Source: Vicinamibacteria bacterium | GTDB taxonomy: Bacteria; Acidobacteriota; Vicinamibacteria; Marinacidobacterales; Marinacidobacteraceae | NCBI GenBank assembly: GCA_963668695.2 | Contig: CAXXLQ010000004.1 | Coordinates: 1,600,001 to 1,664,000 of the forward strand | Direction: 5' to 3' | DNA length: 64,000 nucleotides | In this document: piece after piece, positions 9,861 to 18,334 of the stretch | Layout: every line of letters starts with the position of its first letter | How positions within the stretch are numbered: the first letter of the stretch is position 1 | Made by a program: the position numbers and the translations under genes | The notes under the pieces: model-generated | The model's input: only the letters and a program-made list of their open reading frames with translations | Told to the model about the DNA's origin: nothing | Database searches by the model: none

Positions 9861-10828
9861 GTGGCGCTCCCGCCCGGCGCGCTGACGACGCGCTGGCGGC
9901 GCCGGCGGTGGCCCTCACCATCGCCGGGTCGGATTCCGGGGGCGGCGCCGGCATCCAGGCCGACCTCAAGACCTTTGCGGCGCACGGGGTGTACGGCCTT
10001 TCCGCGATCACGGCGGTTACCGCCCAGAACACGGTGGCGGTGACCGGGGTCCAGGAAATCGAGCCCGCGATGGTCTCCGCCCAGATCGCGGCGGTCGTTT
10101 CCGATTTCCCGGTGGGCGCCGCGAAGACCGGGATGCTCTCCTCGGCGGCCATCATCCAGGCGGTGGCGAAGGCGGTGGATCGCCACGGTCTCCGGGTCGT
10201 CGTGGACCCGGTGATGGTCGCGAAGAGCGGCGACCGGCTCCTGCGGCCTGACGCCGTGGAGGCGCTCCGGGAAGAACTGTTGCCGCGGGGAGTGCTGCTC
10301 ACCCCGAACCTTCCCGAGGCGTCCGACCTCACCGGCCTTCCGGTAGCGGACGAAACGCAGATGCGCGCGGCCGGCGAAAAGCTGCTCGGCATGGGCGCGC
10401 GGGCGGTATTGATGAAGGGAGGCCACCTTCCGGGGGACGACATCGTGGACCTGTTCCTCGACGGCTGCCGTGTCGTTTCCTTCCGTGGACGACGGATCAG
10501 GACCCGCGCCACGCACGGAACCGGCTGCACCCTCTCGGCCGCGGTGGCGGCGAACCTCGCCCTCGGCCGGGAGATGCTCGAGGCAGTGAAGCGGGCGCGG
10601 GAATACCTGCGGACAGCGATGCTGCGGGCCGTTCCGCTCGGTTCGGGCCACGGGCCGCTCGGGCACCTTCCGGCTGCTGACGTGATGGAACGGTTCCGCA
10701 TTACCTCTCAGCCGGGGAACGCCGCCAGTTCTCCCGGCGGGGGCCTTCAGACCGGCATCGCCGTCTCCCTTGGTCGGAGCAGGCCGAACCCCAGCCTCGG
10801 AACCAATGGCCGGATTTCTCGCTCGTAG
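9857..10828 (+). CDS. thiD: Hydroxymethylpyrimidine/phosphomethylpyrimidine kinase
   Basis: Motifs ALTIAGSDSGGGAGIQADLKTF, VVDPVMVAKSG, THGTGCTLSAA, GSGHGP. The C-terminal tail runs into a REP-like repeat. Confidence 0.95.
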   Translation: MSGAPARRADDALAAPAVALTIAGSDSGGGAGIQADLKTFAAHGVYGLSAITAVTAQNTVAVTGVQEIEPAMVSAQIAAVVSDFPVGAAKTGMLSSAAIIQAVAKAVDRHGLRVVVDPVMVAKSGDRLLRPDAVEALREELLPRGVLLTPNLPEASDLTGLPVADETQMRAAGEKLLGMGARAVLMKGGHLPGDDIVDLFLDGCRVVSFRGRRIRTRATHGTGCTLSAAVAANLALGREMLEAVKRAREYLRTAMLRAVPLGSGHGPLGHLPAADVMERFRITSQPGNAASSPGGGLQTGIAVSLGRSRPNPSLGTNGRISRS

Positions 10829-10837
10829 GTTTCGCCT

Positions 10838-11275
10838 GTGATGAAGAGCCGGTTCCGCATCACCGCGGATCCACTGGATCACCAGGCCATAGCCCAAGGG
10901 CTCTCGACGGCCGACGACGGCGCGGTCGTCGTTTTTTCCGGGATCGTCCGCGCCCGCAACAAGGGGAGGAATGTGCTCCATCTCGAGTACGAGGCGTACG
11001 AGGCGATGGTGTACCCCGTGCTCGAGCGGGTGGCAGAGGACGTGCGGGAACGCTTCGGGGTGGAGCGGCTCCGGGTCCACCACCGGATCGGCCGGGTCGA
11101 GATCGGGGAGTCGAGCGTGCTGGTCGCCGCCGCCGCTCCGCACCGAGGCAGCGCCTTCGAGTCCGCGCGGCACGCCATGAACGAGATCAAGCGGATCGTG
11201 CCGATCTGGAAGCGCGAGTTCTTCGAAGACGGGGATGTCTGGGTGGAGGGGCCGAAGGAGCCGGTGACCGTGTGA
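10838..11275 (+). CDS. moaE: Molybdopterin synthase catalytic subunit
   Basis: Motifs GAVVVFSGIVR, LEYEAYEAM, HRIG, APHR, IKRIVPIWKRE. Confidence 0.95.
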   Translation: MMKSRFRITADPLDHQAIAQGLSTADDGAVVVFSGIVRARNKGRNVLHLEYEAYEAMVYPVLERVAEDVRERFGVERLRVHHRIGRVEIGESSVLVAAAAPHRGSAFESARHAMNEIKRIVPIWKREFFEDGDVWVEGPKEPVTV

Positions 11276-11529
11276 CCGAAGCCCCCGCCGTCACCGTGCT
11301 GCTGTTTGCCGCCGCCCGCGAAGCGGCCGGGCGCGGGCGCCTGGAGGTCCCTTACCGGGAAGGCCTCACCGCCGCCGGCGTCTGGGAGAGTCTCGTGAGC
11401 GCGAACCCCGCCCTCGCGCCCCTCGCCGCCTCGATCAGCGTCGCCCTGAACCACCGCTTCGTCCCGAAGGACACGGCCCTCACCGCCGGCGACGAACTGG
11501 CCTTCCTCCCTCCCGTCAGCGGCGGCTGA
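11272..11529 (+). CDS. moaD: Molybdopterin synthase sulfur carrier subunit
   Basis: VLLFAAARE...GDELAFLPPVSGG with C-terminal GG; overlaps moaE. Confidence 0.95.
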   Translation: MTEAPAVTVLLFAAAREAAGRGRLEVPYREGLTAAGVWESLVSANPALAPLAASISVALNHRFVPKDTALTAGDELAFLPPVSGG

Positions 11530-11559
11530 AGAATCGGAGCCCTCGGGCGCTGACCCGGG

Positions 11560-14190
11560 TCAGCGTCCGAACGAGACGGTCGCCGTCATCGAGATCGTCC
11601 GCGGCGCGCCGAGCCAGGCGGCGTTTTCGGTGATCGCGGAGAGGTAGGGCTTGTCGAACAGGTTGTTCGCCACGATCGAGAACTCCGTCGACTGGAGCAG
11701 CTCGCTCAGCGCTTCGCCCGAGAAACTGACGTAGGCGTCCGCCAGCCAGTAGGCGTCGGCGTACCAGTCCGCGGTGAGGCTGACGCGCCGCGCCGACGTG
11801 TATTTCGCCGTCAGCCCCACGCCGAGGGGGCCGCTCCGGTCCAGCGAGAGCACGAGCAGCCGGTCGGGAACGCCGGTCACGTCGGTCCCCGCGACGATTC
11901 CCTGGTTCGCGTCAACGAGCGGATCGCCGCTCCCGACGTAGGTCGAGTCGTTGAACGTCAACGCGGTATAGAAGGACGTCTGGCTCGGCAACTGCACGGT
12001 AGCGGAGAGCTCGATACCGCTCGTCTCGATCCCGCCCGCGTTGAAGTAGGCGCCCCCTCCGGGGATGAGGTAGTTGGGACCCGCGGGCGTCTGCGGCCCC
12101 AGGTAGAAGATCCGGTTCTCGAAATCAATGGCGTACCAGGTGGCTCCCAGCGCCACCCGGTCCCCGGTGTATTGCAGCCCGACATCGACGTTCGAGGCGG
12201 TCTCCGGCTCGAGGAGGTCGAGGCTCCGCCCCGGCACCTCGAGGAGCGTGCTGGGGATCGCCTTGAAATTCTCGGCATAGCCGGCGAAGAGACTCAGGCC
12301 GGTGACCGGCGTTTCGTAGGTGACGCCCCCGGAAAGAAGCAGATCCGAATCGGACTCGAACTCCAGGTTCGGGTCCGCTCCGAAGACATCCTCGCGTGAC
12401 ACGCCGACCAGGAACTGCTTCACGCCGCCGCTCAGGGCGAAGGGGCCGGCGTAGAGCGTCTCCTCCACGTACCACTTGAAGACGCGCTGCGGGAAGTCCC
12501 ACTCGTACTGGTGCCAATAGGCGCCCTCGTCCCACTTGAAGCTGAGCTTCGGATCCAGCATCCGGTGCCAGTCGCGGCCCAGGTCCCGCCGCGAGTCCTC
12601 GTACCAGATGCCGGCGCGCAGCGTGCTGCCGGCGCTGCCGATGGTGGTGAACCACTCCTCGTCGAGGGTCACGCCGACGCGGTCCTTCCCGTAGTGGCTG
12701 TGGCGGTAGGACTGCACCGCGGTGGCGCCCGGGTGGCACGCGGGGTCCACCGCCGCACCGCCCGACCCGTAGTAGTTGAAGATGTAGGTGGAGGCGCATC
12801 CGGGGGTCGGCCCGACCGCGACGCCGTTCCCGTTCACGAAGCGGATCACCCCGAGTTGCGCGCCGCCCCGCACTGCCGCGCCGCCCGTCAGCTCCGATTC
12901 CGGTCCGCCGGCGTCGTCGGTGATGTCCACGATGTAGGGGGGCAGCCAGTCGCCGCGTCCCCGGTTCCGGTGGAAGTAGGCGCCCACGCTCAACGTGGTC
13001 ACATCGCTGAGCGACCAGTCCGCCTTCAGGTAGGCGAACAGGTTGTTCCGCCGGGTCTGCCAGCCGGGCCGGTAGAACTGGTTCAGGTAGGGGACGCCGG
13101 GCCAGTCGCCGACCAGGCGGTCCCAGCGCGGGTTGGCCCGGAAGTCGGCATCGCTGTAGAGGCGCTGGTAGGTGTCCTCGTGGATGCTGTCGAATGAGAA
13201 GTAGCCGGTGAGATCAACGCTCTCGTGCGACGAAACCAGCTTGGCCGCGACGTGCTCCCGCTCGTTCCGCGCCGAACCCTGCACCCAGTCGGTCGCCTCC
13301 TGGCGGACCGCCGCGATCCAGGCGCGGGTCCCGCTGCCGAAGAGCGGCCCGGTGTCGAGCCGCATGTAGAAGCGCTTGCCGTCGTTCTCGCCGAGGGTGC
13401 TCGACGCGGTGTAGGTGCGTTCGGCCGCCGGATCGTCCGTCAGGTAGTTGAAGGTGCCGCCCAGCGCCTCGACGGATCGGGAAGCGATGTCGGCCGTCCC
13501 CTGGGACACTTCGACGCCGCCGAGGTTCATCGGGTCGATGAAACGGTTCGCCTTGGTGCCGCTCCAGTAGTCGGAGGTACCGTTCGGGAATCCGTCGATG
13601 GTCGTTCCGATCTGCGCCTCGTTGATGGTTACCTGGAAGCCGCGCACCGTGACGTTGCTCGACCAGTCGTCGAAACCGTAGGCGTCCCCCTCCTGGATGG
13701 ACACCCCGGGGAGGTTGTCCACCACCGAAGTTACGCTCGCGATGCTCGACTGCTGCCGCATCATCGGTTCGGCGACGATGTTGCGCGCGAAGGGCCGGGG
13801 CTCCTCGGCGACGACGCTGACCGTTTCGAGCAGCCGCGAGATCTGCAACTGGATCGGGACCGCTTCGGCGGCACCCGCCCCGACGGAAACAGGGATCTCG
13901 AAGGTCTCGAAACCCGGGAGCGTGGCGGTGACGACGTAGTCGCCCGGCGCCAGGCCGGCGGCTTGGTAGGCGCCGTCGGCGCCGGTGACATGTTCCTGGC
14001 GCACGCCGTCGCCGGTCACCGCAACCACGACGCCGGGCAACGGACTGCCGGTCACATCGACGACAACGCCTTCGATCGATCCGGCGGTCTGGGTGCCCGC
14101 CAGCGCCGCGGCCGCCGACGTAGCGGTTGGCAACGTCGCGGCCAGAACGGCGATGACGAACCACTTGGGAATGGAAAGGCTCGATCTCAT
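11560..14190 (-). CDS. TonB-dependent receptor
   Basis: ATG 14190 with SD aggggag; signal peptide, carboxypeptidase-regulatory-like domain, plug (RGFQ...TIDGFP), LEPETASNVDVG, NNLFDKPY...GAPRTISMTATVSF. Confidence 0.92.
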   Translation of the reverse strand: MRSSLSIPKWFVIAVLAATLPTATSAAAALAGTQTAGSIEGVVVDVTGSPLPGVVVAVTGDGVRQEHVTGADGAYQAAGLAPGDYVVTATLPGFETFEIPVSVGAGAAEAVPIQLQISRLLETVSVVAEEPRPFARNIVAEPMMRQQSSIASVTSVVDNLPGVSIQEGDAYGFDDWSSNVTVRGFQVTINEAQIGTTIDGFPNGTSDYWSGTKANRFIDPMNLGGVEVSQGTADIASRSVEALGGTFNYLTDDPAAERTYTASSTLGENDGKRFYMRLDTGPLFGSGTRAWIAAVRQEATDWVQGSARNEREHVAAKLVSSHESVDLTGYFSFDSIHEDTYQRLYSDADFRANPRWDRLVGDWPGVPYLNQFYRPGWQTRRNNLFAYLKADWSLSDVTTLSVGAYFHRNRGRGDWLPPYIVDITDDAGGPESELTGGAAVRGGAQLGVIRFVNGNGVAVGPTPGCASTYIFNYYGSGGAAVDPACHPGATAVQSYRHSHYGKDRVGVTLDEEWFTTIGSAGSTLRAGIWYEDSRRDLGRDWHRMLDPKLSFKWDEGAYWHQYEWDFPQRVFKWYVEETLYAGPFALSGGVKQFLVGVSREDVFGADPNLEFESDSDLLLSGGVTYETPVTGLSLFAGYAENFKAIPSTLLEVPGRSLDLLEPETASNVDVGLQYTGDRVALGATWYAIDFENRIFYLGPQTPAGPNYLIPGGGAYFNAGGIETSGIELSATVQLPSQTSFYTALTFNDSTYVGSGDPLVDANQGIVAGTDVTGVPDRLLVLSLDRSGPLGVGLTAKYTSARRVSLTADWYADAYWLADAYVSFSGEALSELLQSTEFSIVANNLFDKPYLSAITENAAWLGAPRTISMTATVSFGR

Positions 14191-14440
14191 AGTGACTCCC
14201 CTGAGGTAGCCGCGAAGGTCGGCCGAGCGGCCCACCACGGCGCCGACAGTAGTGGGACGGTACCGGAGAGGTCGGCTCCGGTCGGCGCACTTGGAGGAAA
14301 CGGGGGGTACCCCACCGCGTTCGACGGCAAGTGTTCGCCCTCTTGGACTCCTCTCAGGCACCAGGGAGTTGTCCGACCTTTGGGGGCAACTCCAGCCTCT
14401 TTCCGCCGTCGCCGGACAGAGGCGGTAGTGAAAGGCAAGC

Positions 14441-14680
14441 TTAGCAACCTGTGGTGAAACCCAGGCGGCGTTCGAGCGGCGATGCATCCCGGCTGAACCG
14501 CCCCCCCACCGGGAGAACTGGCGCTTTGCGGCGCTCGGCGTTGCGTTTCGGTCGAAATACACTCGGGCCAGTTCTCCCGGTGGGGGCTCCTCCCTCACGC
14601 GCCTTGTCAGCCGGACCCCCACCGGGAGAACTGGGCCTCGCCGCTCTCGGCGCTCACCCGGGTTCCACCACCGGCTGCTC
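14441..14680. mobile_element. MITE-like repeat element, copy 2
   Basis: ttagcaacctgtggtgaaacc...ccaccaccggctgct with the shared internal modules and three 18-bp inserts. Confidence 0.8.
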
Positions 14681-14725
14681 GGCCGCCGGCCCGGAAATGG
14701 GCCTTCGGCGGGATCCGCGGTAAGG

Positions 14726-14834
14726 CCCAGCGCTCCAGTCGCAGACCCTCGAACCTGCGGTAGTCGCTCCGGCTCAAGGTGACGAGAGTCAGGTCATTTG
14801 TCCGGGTGATAGCTGCGATCCACCCGCCGGCGAC
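14726..14834 (-). pseudogene. C-terminal fragment of a PIN/VapC toxin gene
   Basis: Hand translation VAGGWIAAITRTNDLTLVTLSRSDYRRFEGLRLERW resembles the VapC C-terminal pattern (D..IAA.A...L.LVT.N..DF..F.GL....W). No start codon or N-terminal half. Confidence 0.65.
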
Positions 14835-14879
14835 CCGTCATGTACGTTAATGGCCTGCCCTGCCGGGAAAAGGATCGCC

Positions 14880-16232
14880 ATGCCCCTTCATCGCCTTCTC
14901 GCCTTCTTCGCCGCTCTGGCCGTGGGCGCCACCGCCGCCGCTCAGCCGCTCCCCGCCGGGATCACTCCGGAACTCGTGGATCGCGCTCGGGAAATACTGC
15001 GGAGCGTCCCCTTCGCCGACGGGCATAACGACCTGCCGAGTTCGCTGCTGGATGTGGTCCGCGGTGACCTCGACGCGCCCGGCGCCGACCTGAACCGGGT
15101 CCAGCTCGAATTGCCCGCCGACATCCCGCGGCTCCGCGAGGGCGGGGTCGGAATGCAGTTCTGGTCGGCCTTTGTGGATACGGCCTTCATCGCGACCGGG
15201 GACTCTCTCCGGCAGGCGATCCGCGAGATCGACGTCATCCACCGGTTCGTGGATCGCTATGAGGACTTCGAGTTCGCCCGCACCGCGGACGACATCGAGC
15301 GCGCCCACGCCGCGGGGCGTATCGCGTCGATGATCGGTCTCGAGGGCGGCCACGCCATCGAAGGCTCCACCGCCACGCTGCGGATGCTCTACGAACTGGG
15401 TGTCCGCTACCTGACGCTGACCCACTTCCGCACCCACGACTGGGCGGACTCGGCGACCGACATCCCCCTCCACCGGGGACTTTCCCCGTTTGGGGAGGAG
15501 GTGGTCCGGGAGATGAACCGCCTGGGCATGTTCGTGGACCTCTCCCACGTCAGCGCGGAGACGATGCGTGACGCGCTCCGGATCAGCGAGGCGCCCGTGC
15601 TCTACTCCCATTCGGGCGCCCGCGGCGTGAACGCCCACCCGCGGAACGTGCCCGATGACGTGCTGCGGCTGCTGCCGGCGAACGGCGGCGTGGTGATGGT
15701 GGACTTCATTCCCGGCTACGTGGTTCCCACCCCGCGCGAGTGGCTCGCCCGCGAGGGCATCGAGGCGGAAGAGGACCGGGCGGCGATGGGGATGGGCTCC
15801 GCCGAGCCGGTCTGGGGAGCGATGCGGAACCGCGAACGCGAACGCCTCCGCGCCGAACTGGACGACGAGGATGAGGTCGCGCGACGCCTGGCCCGTTGGG
15901 AAGCCGACAACCCGATGCCGCGCGGCACGGTCTCGGACGTGGCCGCCCACATCGAGCACATCCGCGACGTGGCCGGGCTCGCTCACATCGGGATCGGCTC
16001 GGACTACTACGACCCCGGCGGTCCCTCGATGGTTGAAGGTCTCGAGCATGTGGACCGGTTCCCGGTGCTCTTCGCCGAACTCCTGCGCCGCGGTTGGTCC
16101 GAGGACGACCTCCGTCAGGTCGCCGCCGGCAACGTCCTCAGGGCGCTCCGCGAGGTCGAGCGGGTCGCGGCCGAGCTCCGGCAGACCCGACCGCCATCAA
16201 CGGCCGACCTGCGGGGCGTCGGGGCGCGGTAG
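14880..16232 (+). CDS. Membrane dipeptidase (peptidase M19)
   Basis: Motifs DGHNDLP, QFWSAF, GLEGGH, YLTLTH, VDLSHVS, SHSGAR, HPRNVPDD, HIGIGSDY. Confidence 0.95.
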   Translation: MPLHRLLAFFAALAVGATAAAQPLPAGITPELVDRAREILRSVPFADGHNDLPSSLLDVVRGDLDAPGADLNRVQLELPADIPRLREGGVGMQFWSAFVDTAFIATGDSLRQAIREIDVIHRFVDRYEDFEFARTADDIERAHAAGRIASMIGLEGGHAIEGSTATLRMLYELGVRYLTLTHFRTHDWADSATDIPLHRGLSPFGEEVVREMNRLGMFVDLSHVSAETMRDALRISEAPVLYSHSGARGVNAHPRNVPDDVLRLLPANGGVVMVDFIPGYVVPTPREWLAREGIEAEEDRAAMGMGSAEPVWGAMRNRERERLRAELDDEDEVARRLARWEADNPMPRGTVSDVAAHIEHIRDVAGLAHIGIGSDYYDPGGPSMVEGLEHVDRFPVLFAELLRRGWSEDDLRQVAAGNVLRALREVERVAAELRQTRPPSTADLRGVGAR

Positions 16233-16296
16233 GGCAGTGGGCTGCCAAACGGTTCCCACAGTCCGACGGATCACTCATGCACTAGGATGATGTAAG

Positions 16297-16560
16297 ATGA
16301 AGTCAATGACTTCGTCAGACATCAACCGATCGGCGAACCAGATCACTGCCCGCTTGCCGACTCCCGTCCTGGAACTACTGGACAACGCCGCCCGCCAGTT
16401 GAAGCGCAGCCGGGCGGAAATCGTCCGCCAGGCCATCGAGTACTACCTTGAAGACTTCGACGACCTCACGGTCGCGGTAGAGCGACTCCGCGACCCGGGA
16501 GATCCGGTGCTCGACTGGGACGAGGTAAAGCGTGATCTATTCGGTTCGGATCAAGCGTAG
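16297..16560 (+). CDS. Ribbon-helix-helix (CopG-like) antitoxin
   Basis: QITARLP...RSRAEIVRQAIEYYLED and C-terminal LDWDEVK; overlaps a RelE-type gene. Confidence 0.85.
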   Translation: MKSMTSSDINRSANQITARLPTPVLELLDNAARQLKRSRAEIVRQAIEYYLEDFDDLTVAVERLRDPGDPVLDWDEVKRDLFGSDQA

Positions 16561-16801
16561 CGCCGCCAGGGATCTGCAACGCGTCCCTGTTGCCGACCGG
16601 CGCAAGGTTGCGGCGGCGATTGACCACTTGGCCCAGCGGCCTCTGCAAGGCAGGATTCTGAAGGGAGGGCTACGTGGACTGCGCCGTGTGCGGGTCGGAC
16701 GCTATCGAGTCATCTACGAAGTACAGGACGAAGCGCTGATCGTTCTCGTGGTTCGGGTCGCTTCGCGGGATATGGCGTATCGCGGCCCGGTCACGGGCTG
16801 A
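16532..16801 (+). CDS. relE: RelE/ParE family toxin
   Basis: YSVRIKRSAARDL...LKG...RRVRVGRYRVIYEV...VVRVASR. Confidence 0.9.
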   Translation: MIYSVRIKRSAARDLQRVPVADRRKVAAAIDHLAQRPLQGRILKGGLRGLRRVRVGRYRVIYEVQDEALIVLVVRVASRDMAYRGPVTG

Positions 16802-16835
16802 TGGCCGGAGCCATCGCGCGATTCGCCCGCCCGGA

Positions 16836-18326
16836 TCAGCCCAGATTCCTCTGCAGTCGGGTGGCGCGTTTTTCGAGTTCCTTTCGGTAGCGTCCGGTCG
16901 TCTCCCGACCCATTTCCACCCGGGGGAGCCGTTCGAGGGCGTCCTCGACGTGTTCGAGGGCCCGCGCCGGATCCTTCCGCTGGTGCTCCTCGTGCTTGGC
17001 GAACCACACGAGTACGTCCAGCCGCTCCCGGGAATCCAGGGGGCTGACCTGGCGCCAAAGGTCGATCGCGCCCTCCCAGTCGCCGAGCTGCTTCCGCCGC
17101 TCCCCGAGATCGAGCAGGCACCGATCGCGGTTCTTGCCCGAGAGTCCGGCGGACAGGGCGCGTTCCAGCAGCGGGATGGCCACTTCGGACTCCCCGCGCC
17201 GCCAGAAGTGGTGTCCCGCTCCGTGAAGGTCCGCGGGATCGTCGCTGTACCAGTCGTCGGCCATCCGCTCGAGTGCACGCAGAGCGAGCGCCGCCAGGGT
17301 GACGATGTCGTAGCGGTTGTGCGCCAGCACCGACTCCATCGCGGGGTGGCGCCCGTGACGAAGGAAATCGAAGAAGACCTGTGGGATGCGGTCCCCCGGG
17401 ATGTCGTCGTCACGCTCGACTTCGAGGACTTCCCGTTCGAGGGTCGAGAGCCGGGCGTTTTCGTGCCGCGGCTTGAACAGCCGGCGCGCCGGGTGGAGAA
17501 GGTCCAGATGACGGCGGTCGCGGAAGGGGGAAGGAAGGCCGTTCAACGCGAAGCGGGTTTCGAGCAGGGGAAGGTCGAAGCTGCCCCCGTTGTAGGTGAC
17601 GAGATCGCGGCGGCCGGCTGCCAACACTGCCAGTTCCTCGAGCATGGCGGCTTCCCCCCGGGGGTCGCGCATGAGGAACTGCGTCACCCGGAAACGGTCT
17701 TCTTCCACGTAGCCGATCCCGATCAGAAAGGCGAAGGTGCCCGTGCCGCCCGCGAGTCCGCTCGTTTCGGTGTCGAGAAAAAGGGCGCGCGCGAGGTCCA
17801 CGCCGGCCTCTCCCGAACGGATCTGGAGACGCGCGGTCTCCTGCTCCGAGACCTCGGTGAGCCGGAGCAGGTCGGCGCCGCCGTAACGGGAGGCCAGCGG
17901 GAAGTCGTGGTCTTCCCGGGAAAAGGGCTCCTCCGCTTCGGAGGTCGCCGGCCCGTCTGGCGCTCCGACCAACGGTTGCTCCTCACCGGTCCAGGAAATG
18001 AGGGCCTCCGGGCTCCCGAGAGAGGCCGCCGGGGTTGCCAGCCGGGCCTCCCCCGCGGCGGTTTCGGCGGTTTCGGCCCCGGCTACCCGGAGCTCCTTCC
18101 AACCACGCTCGGTTCTCCGAATGAGCTCCCGGGCCCGCGCCAGCCGGGCCGCCTTTTGGTTCTGGGCGACTGGTTCCGGGGCGGCTGGTGGGCCGGGACG
18201 GGGCGCAGGATCTTCGGGGGGCGGCTCCGAGATTCGAGCGGGGTCCGGAGAGGCGGGAGGCGTGATGACCGTCCGGGCCCGGCTTCTGGCAATCCGCTCG
18301 GTGAGGGAGGTCCGACCGGACGTCAT
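16836..18326 (-). CDS. YprB/MrfB-type RNase H-like exonuclease with TPR C-terminus
   Basis: Motifs LFLDTETSGLAGGTGTFAFLIG, VTYNGGSFDLP, HLDLLHPARR, DIPG...HNRYD; directly downstream of a DUF1998 helicase. Confidence 0.9.
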   Translation of the reverse strand: MTSGRTSLTERIARSRARTVITPPASPDPARISEPPPEDPAPRPGPPAAPEPVAQNQKAARLARARELIRRTERGWKELRVAGAETAETAAGEARLATPAASLGSPEALISWTGEEQPLVGAPDGPATSEAEEPFSREDHDFPLASRYGGADLLRLTEVSEQETARLQIRSGEAGVDLARALFLDTETSGLAGGTGTFAFLIGIGYVEEDRFRVTQFLMRDPRGEAAMLEELAVLAAGRRDLVTYNGGSFDLPLLETRFALNGLPSPFRDRRHLDLLHPARRLFKPRHENARLSTLEREVLEVERDDDIPGDRIPQVFFDFLRHGRHPAMESVLAHNRYDIVTLAALALRALERMADDWYSDDPADLHGAGHHFWRRGESEVAIPLLERALSAGLSGKNRDRCLLDLGERRKQLGDWEGAIDLWRQVSPLDSRERLDVLVWFAKHEEHQRKDPARALEHVEDALERLPRVEMGRETTGRYRKELEKRATRLQRNLG

Positions 18327-18334
18327 GCGAGGCG

